Shown here piece by piece: positions 60,642 through 64,000 of a DNA stretch of 64,000 nt. The DNA is from Spizellomyces punctatus DAOM BR117. Its lineage: Eukaryota. How positions within the stretch are numbered: position 1 is the stretch's first letter; every line of letters begins with the position of its first letter. The position numbers were made by a program, and so were the translations under genes. Below the pieces are notes generated by a model, which worked only from the letters and a program-made list of their open reading frames with translations, did no database searches and was not told where the DNA came from. The DNA lies in the NCBI GenBank assembly GCA_000182565.2, contig KQ257458.1; one strand, 5' to 3'.

Positions 60642-62728
60642 TCTATTGGATTGGATATGAGAATCAAACGTTGTTGGGTGAGATACAGTATCCGGCTCTT
60701 CTATAAGTACGGTTCCGGGAAGACTGTCGGGAGCGGGTGTGGGCGGTGCAGGGTAGGGCGAGACGTGGATGGCGCTCGAGGATTGTTGCCGTGGCAGGCA
60801 CCGGAGACGAATTGTTTAGAGTTGTGAGGCCCGGAGATTGGTAGGAATGAGATGAGGCGCTTCGTTTCCAGGGAGCTGATAGAGGGCAGAGTGAGTGTTG
60901 TGCAGGGATAGGTTTATCAATATCGATGTCGTTCACGATGCCCCTTCCTCCCTTTGATGATCACACTTTGTCAACCCTGACACAGCACATGCATATAGCT
61001 CTCATTCTCGTTCTCAAACACACGAGAGACGGACAGCTGTGCCAGAACGTCGCAATCGATCTTTCCACAAATCCGTTTGCATCCCGGTGCGCGCCGCAGC
61101 ACAAATGCAGACCATTTCACTCCACTAGACCGTACCAATATATACTCCAGATGAATGAACAATATCACGCCTTTAGTCAGACCCCGCAACCCATCAACAT
61201 GACCAGAAAAGCAAGAATGGACCTTCCCATTGACATGGGATATAAAAGTGTGTCCAGCGCATCAGCTCAAGTCCCGCTCAAGTGCATGGTATCAGCAAGC
61301 CTTCCAACTTGTTGCAAACAGCCAATACCACCAATAGCTCATGAGATGCGTAAAAATGCAATCCTCAATTGTGACTATTCCCCCCAATCCCTTCCATCAC
61401 AATATATCACTCACCTTGACCAGAGGGCAGACAAGGAACTCTGCACGAGTCTGTGTGGGTGCAGCACAACACAACAAGACCCACCACCAAACGTCAAGGA
61501 AAAGAAAACAAAAAGACTCGAGTCTTGCCAACGACCTACGCAGGCCGTTACAAAAAGTGTGTTTTGTTGTGTGCACCACCAACAAAGCGCGCGTCTTGTC
61601 CTTTTGCTACACTCGCCACATACGGTCCAAAGGTTCTTGAGGTTGTGTTTTTGCGTAGCGTCCGTAAATAAAGCAAGAAGACTGCCGGATTCGTTGATTT
61701 TTGGGGACTGCAAACAAACGCAAGACCAAAAACGAACTGCTGCAAGGTTGTTCTGTACACAAAAAAGTAGCGGTTCAATAACCACGCATGATGGCATTTT
61801 TCACACTTGTCAGTAATTGGGTAAGCAGAAGTTGATGCTTTTTGGACTTTCTCTCGGAGGTTTTCAAACTTTTTAACCAGCAATGACCTTCAGATAAGCA
61901 TTGGGGCTTTTCTTGCACTCTACAAGGCGAATCCAAAAGACTACGTCCCACGTAAGGTTCATGCCAAATCATCACAAAACGTTCCAATACAAGACTTTGG
62001 TATGGTAATTTCCCATCAGTCGCATCAACCATAATCTAGAGGATCCCGTCCCCTTTGAACAAAGCGTATAACATTCCAAATAAAAAAAATAAAAATGGAA
62101 AAGAACGCAATCGCGCTGGGTCATCCAGAGCTGCCAGAACCGAACCATTAATTCATTTTCGATGAAATTCCAAACATCCAACATATCAATAATTCAGAGT
62201 TTGTCGTCCATGTGGAAATGGTTTTAGATAAAGTGGCCATCATGCACCCATGTATAACGATATCTGAACTCGACATATACAAGGAAGGATACGTCCCTCG
62301 GTTCTCTCCATTAAATGTCGGAGGGTAATTTCGGAGGGTTACGTGATTCCCACTTGATTAAAAGATGACTAGTCGAGTATTTTACGTTACGAATCCTGTT
62401 TTGAGGATATGATGCAAAAGTGCACACCCGAAAGCCTCCAAAAAAAGACTTTCAACCTTTCCGGAGAACCTCGGCCGAACGGTGCAATCATGCCCAGTTC
62501 TAAAATTGACTCATCCCCATTCCAACTGTCAAACGTTCCGCCATTGAACGATCGTCCCCGGCGGTCCGGCTGGCGGGATGGTCGAGATTTTTGCAAGGCG
62601 TGGAGTGCCGGGGGCAAACGCTTATCTCATCATACAAGCCACACAAGCCTCCATCCGGGGAAATTGAACACTTACTATATAATAGCCATCCCCAGCTACT
62701 TTCTCCTCACTTCCGTCAGCACTTTTAC

Positions 62729-63345
62729 ATGGCTACTGAAACTTATCTCCCCGCCCATCCTGGTATCCGTCCAGCCACTGCCCAAGATATACCAGTCCTT
62801 CTGGATATCATTAACGGCGCCTACCGAAACGATGCAGGGTGGACAACAGAATCCCATCTCGTCGAAGGTGCTCGAGCCCTTGCGCCAGATCTCGAAAAAC
62901 TTATCCCCCCTCTTCGCGACCCATCTACGGGTACATTCTTGGTTTACCATCCTACTACGTCAACTGACCCCCTTGGTTGCATAAACGCCGAAATATTGCC
63001 TGATAATGAAGGCTATTTTGGAATGTTTGCTGTGAACCAATCTCAGCAGGGACAGGGAATTGGTCGGAAATTGATGGAAGCGTCGTTTGAGGTTATGAGG
63101 ATAAAGGGGTGCAAGAAATGTGTTATTAATGTTTTGACGGACAGGAAGGAGTAAGTACAGTTTGTTCCATCACGTCTTGCATGGTTCTGATTTTTTTTGG
63201 ACATTATGACAGTATTCAAGCTTGGTACGGTCGATGCGGATTCATTATGACTGGCAAGACGGTTCCGTTCCCCTCGGATGCCGGAGCTTCCAAGCTAAAG
63301 CCGGGTGTCCAACCGGTTTTAGTGTACATGGAACGGGAGCTGTAG
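62729..63345 (+). CDS. GNAT family N-acetyltransferase
   Basis: IRPATAQD...INGAYR...GWTTE, GMFAVNQSQQGQGIGRKLM (acetyl-CoA motif A), AWYGRCGF after an intron at about 63151-63212. Confidence 0.9.
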
Positions 63346-63519
63346 ATTGCAAATATCCAAATATTTCTAAAGAGCACAGTGTATATATAGAATAATAGAG
63401 CGATATGATAATATCAATATTGGAAAACGATAAAGATTCTATTATGACACATTTCGAAATTCTCTCAAGAAGATTCTCTGTCCCAGACCAAACACATGTA
63501 TGAGCCCATTCCGTTCATC

Positions 63520-64000
63520 CTACTGTATAATGCAATCCTTGCTCTCCATGTACTTTTGTATCTTTTTGTAGTCGGTTCGACTCGCCAATAACTCATAAAT
63601 CTCTTCAATCCTCAAGGCACCCTGGTACCGCGGCAGATCGTGAACAAGTTTACGCAATTCCTCTCCACCATCCGCCAAAAACAGATTCCCCACTTCCTTG
63701 AGCACTTCAAAGAGCTTTTTAACGGATGCCACTCGGAGTGTACACGCCCATTCGTAATACCGATTTAGATCATATATAAGTTGCATTGCCCCTGTTTGAC
63801 TGACTTGTAGTCGTTTAATGTTTTTGCAAACGACGCTGTTTTAAAATTGTGTTTGGTGTGAGTCCGACGCAGGAGAGATTATCTAAATTGTATATAGTTT
63901 CTTACTTGAATATTCGCACGCCCACTTCGCCAAAAAAGACCTCCATCGTGTGCTTTTCCGCGACACCATACAGAATCTTTATATGGGAGTTCAGGCATTC
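63520..64000 (-). CDS. RCY1: Recyclin Rcy1 (Sec10-like F-box protein), 3' part only
   Basis: GAMQLIYDLNRYYEWA...LKEVGNLF...EEIYELLASRTDY, ending in CaaX (DCIIQ*); the gene runs off the window edge. Confidence 0.8.

Noticed and set aside
60926..61816. 296-aa plus-strand ORF
   Set aside because: No recognisable motif, random-looking composition, and it lies antisense to the probable long 5' UTR or intron of the PSR1-like gene (an acceptor AG sits just before ATG 60641).
62729..63345. GNAT as a recent bacterial horizontal transfer
   Set aside because: It has a spliceosomal intron and host-like composition, and the family occurs in fungi; there is no evidence without a phylogeny.

Overview
Gene-dense, intron-rich eukaryotic DNA with short GT-AG introns (mostly about 50-80 nt) and CTRAY-type branch sites. 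The gene content (fungal GH76, Rcy1, Pib2, Swi1 and Arp9 alongside augmin HAUS3 and a Dictyostelium TmcB/C-like PAS membrane protein) points to an early-diverging fungus, probably a chytrid; this is an inference. About 30 protein-coding genes could be reconstructed by hand, most of them in head-to-head pairs. I saw no rRNA, tRNA, CRISPR array or intact transposon. Family assignments come from recalled motifs, not database searches. Best leads: (1) an orphan protein with two copies of an Ame1/CENP-U-like N-terminal motif, each split by an intron at the same position; (2) a small TATA-driven spliced ORF missed by the ORF track that ends in a pheromone-like CaaX (ACIIA) and overlaps a uORF; (3) a two-repeat Myb gene interrupted by one in-frame TGA, next to a stop-ridden spliced unit; (4) a TmcB/C-like PAS sensor; (5) a minimal Bni4/Phactr-type PP1 regulator; (6) several 5-10 nt micro-exons.
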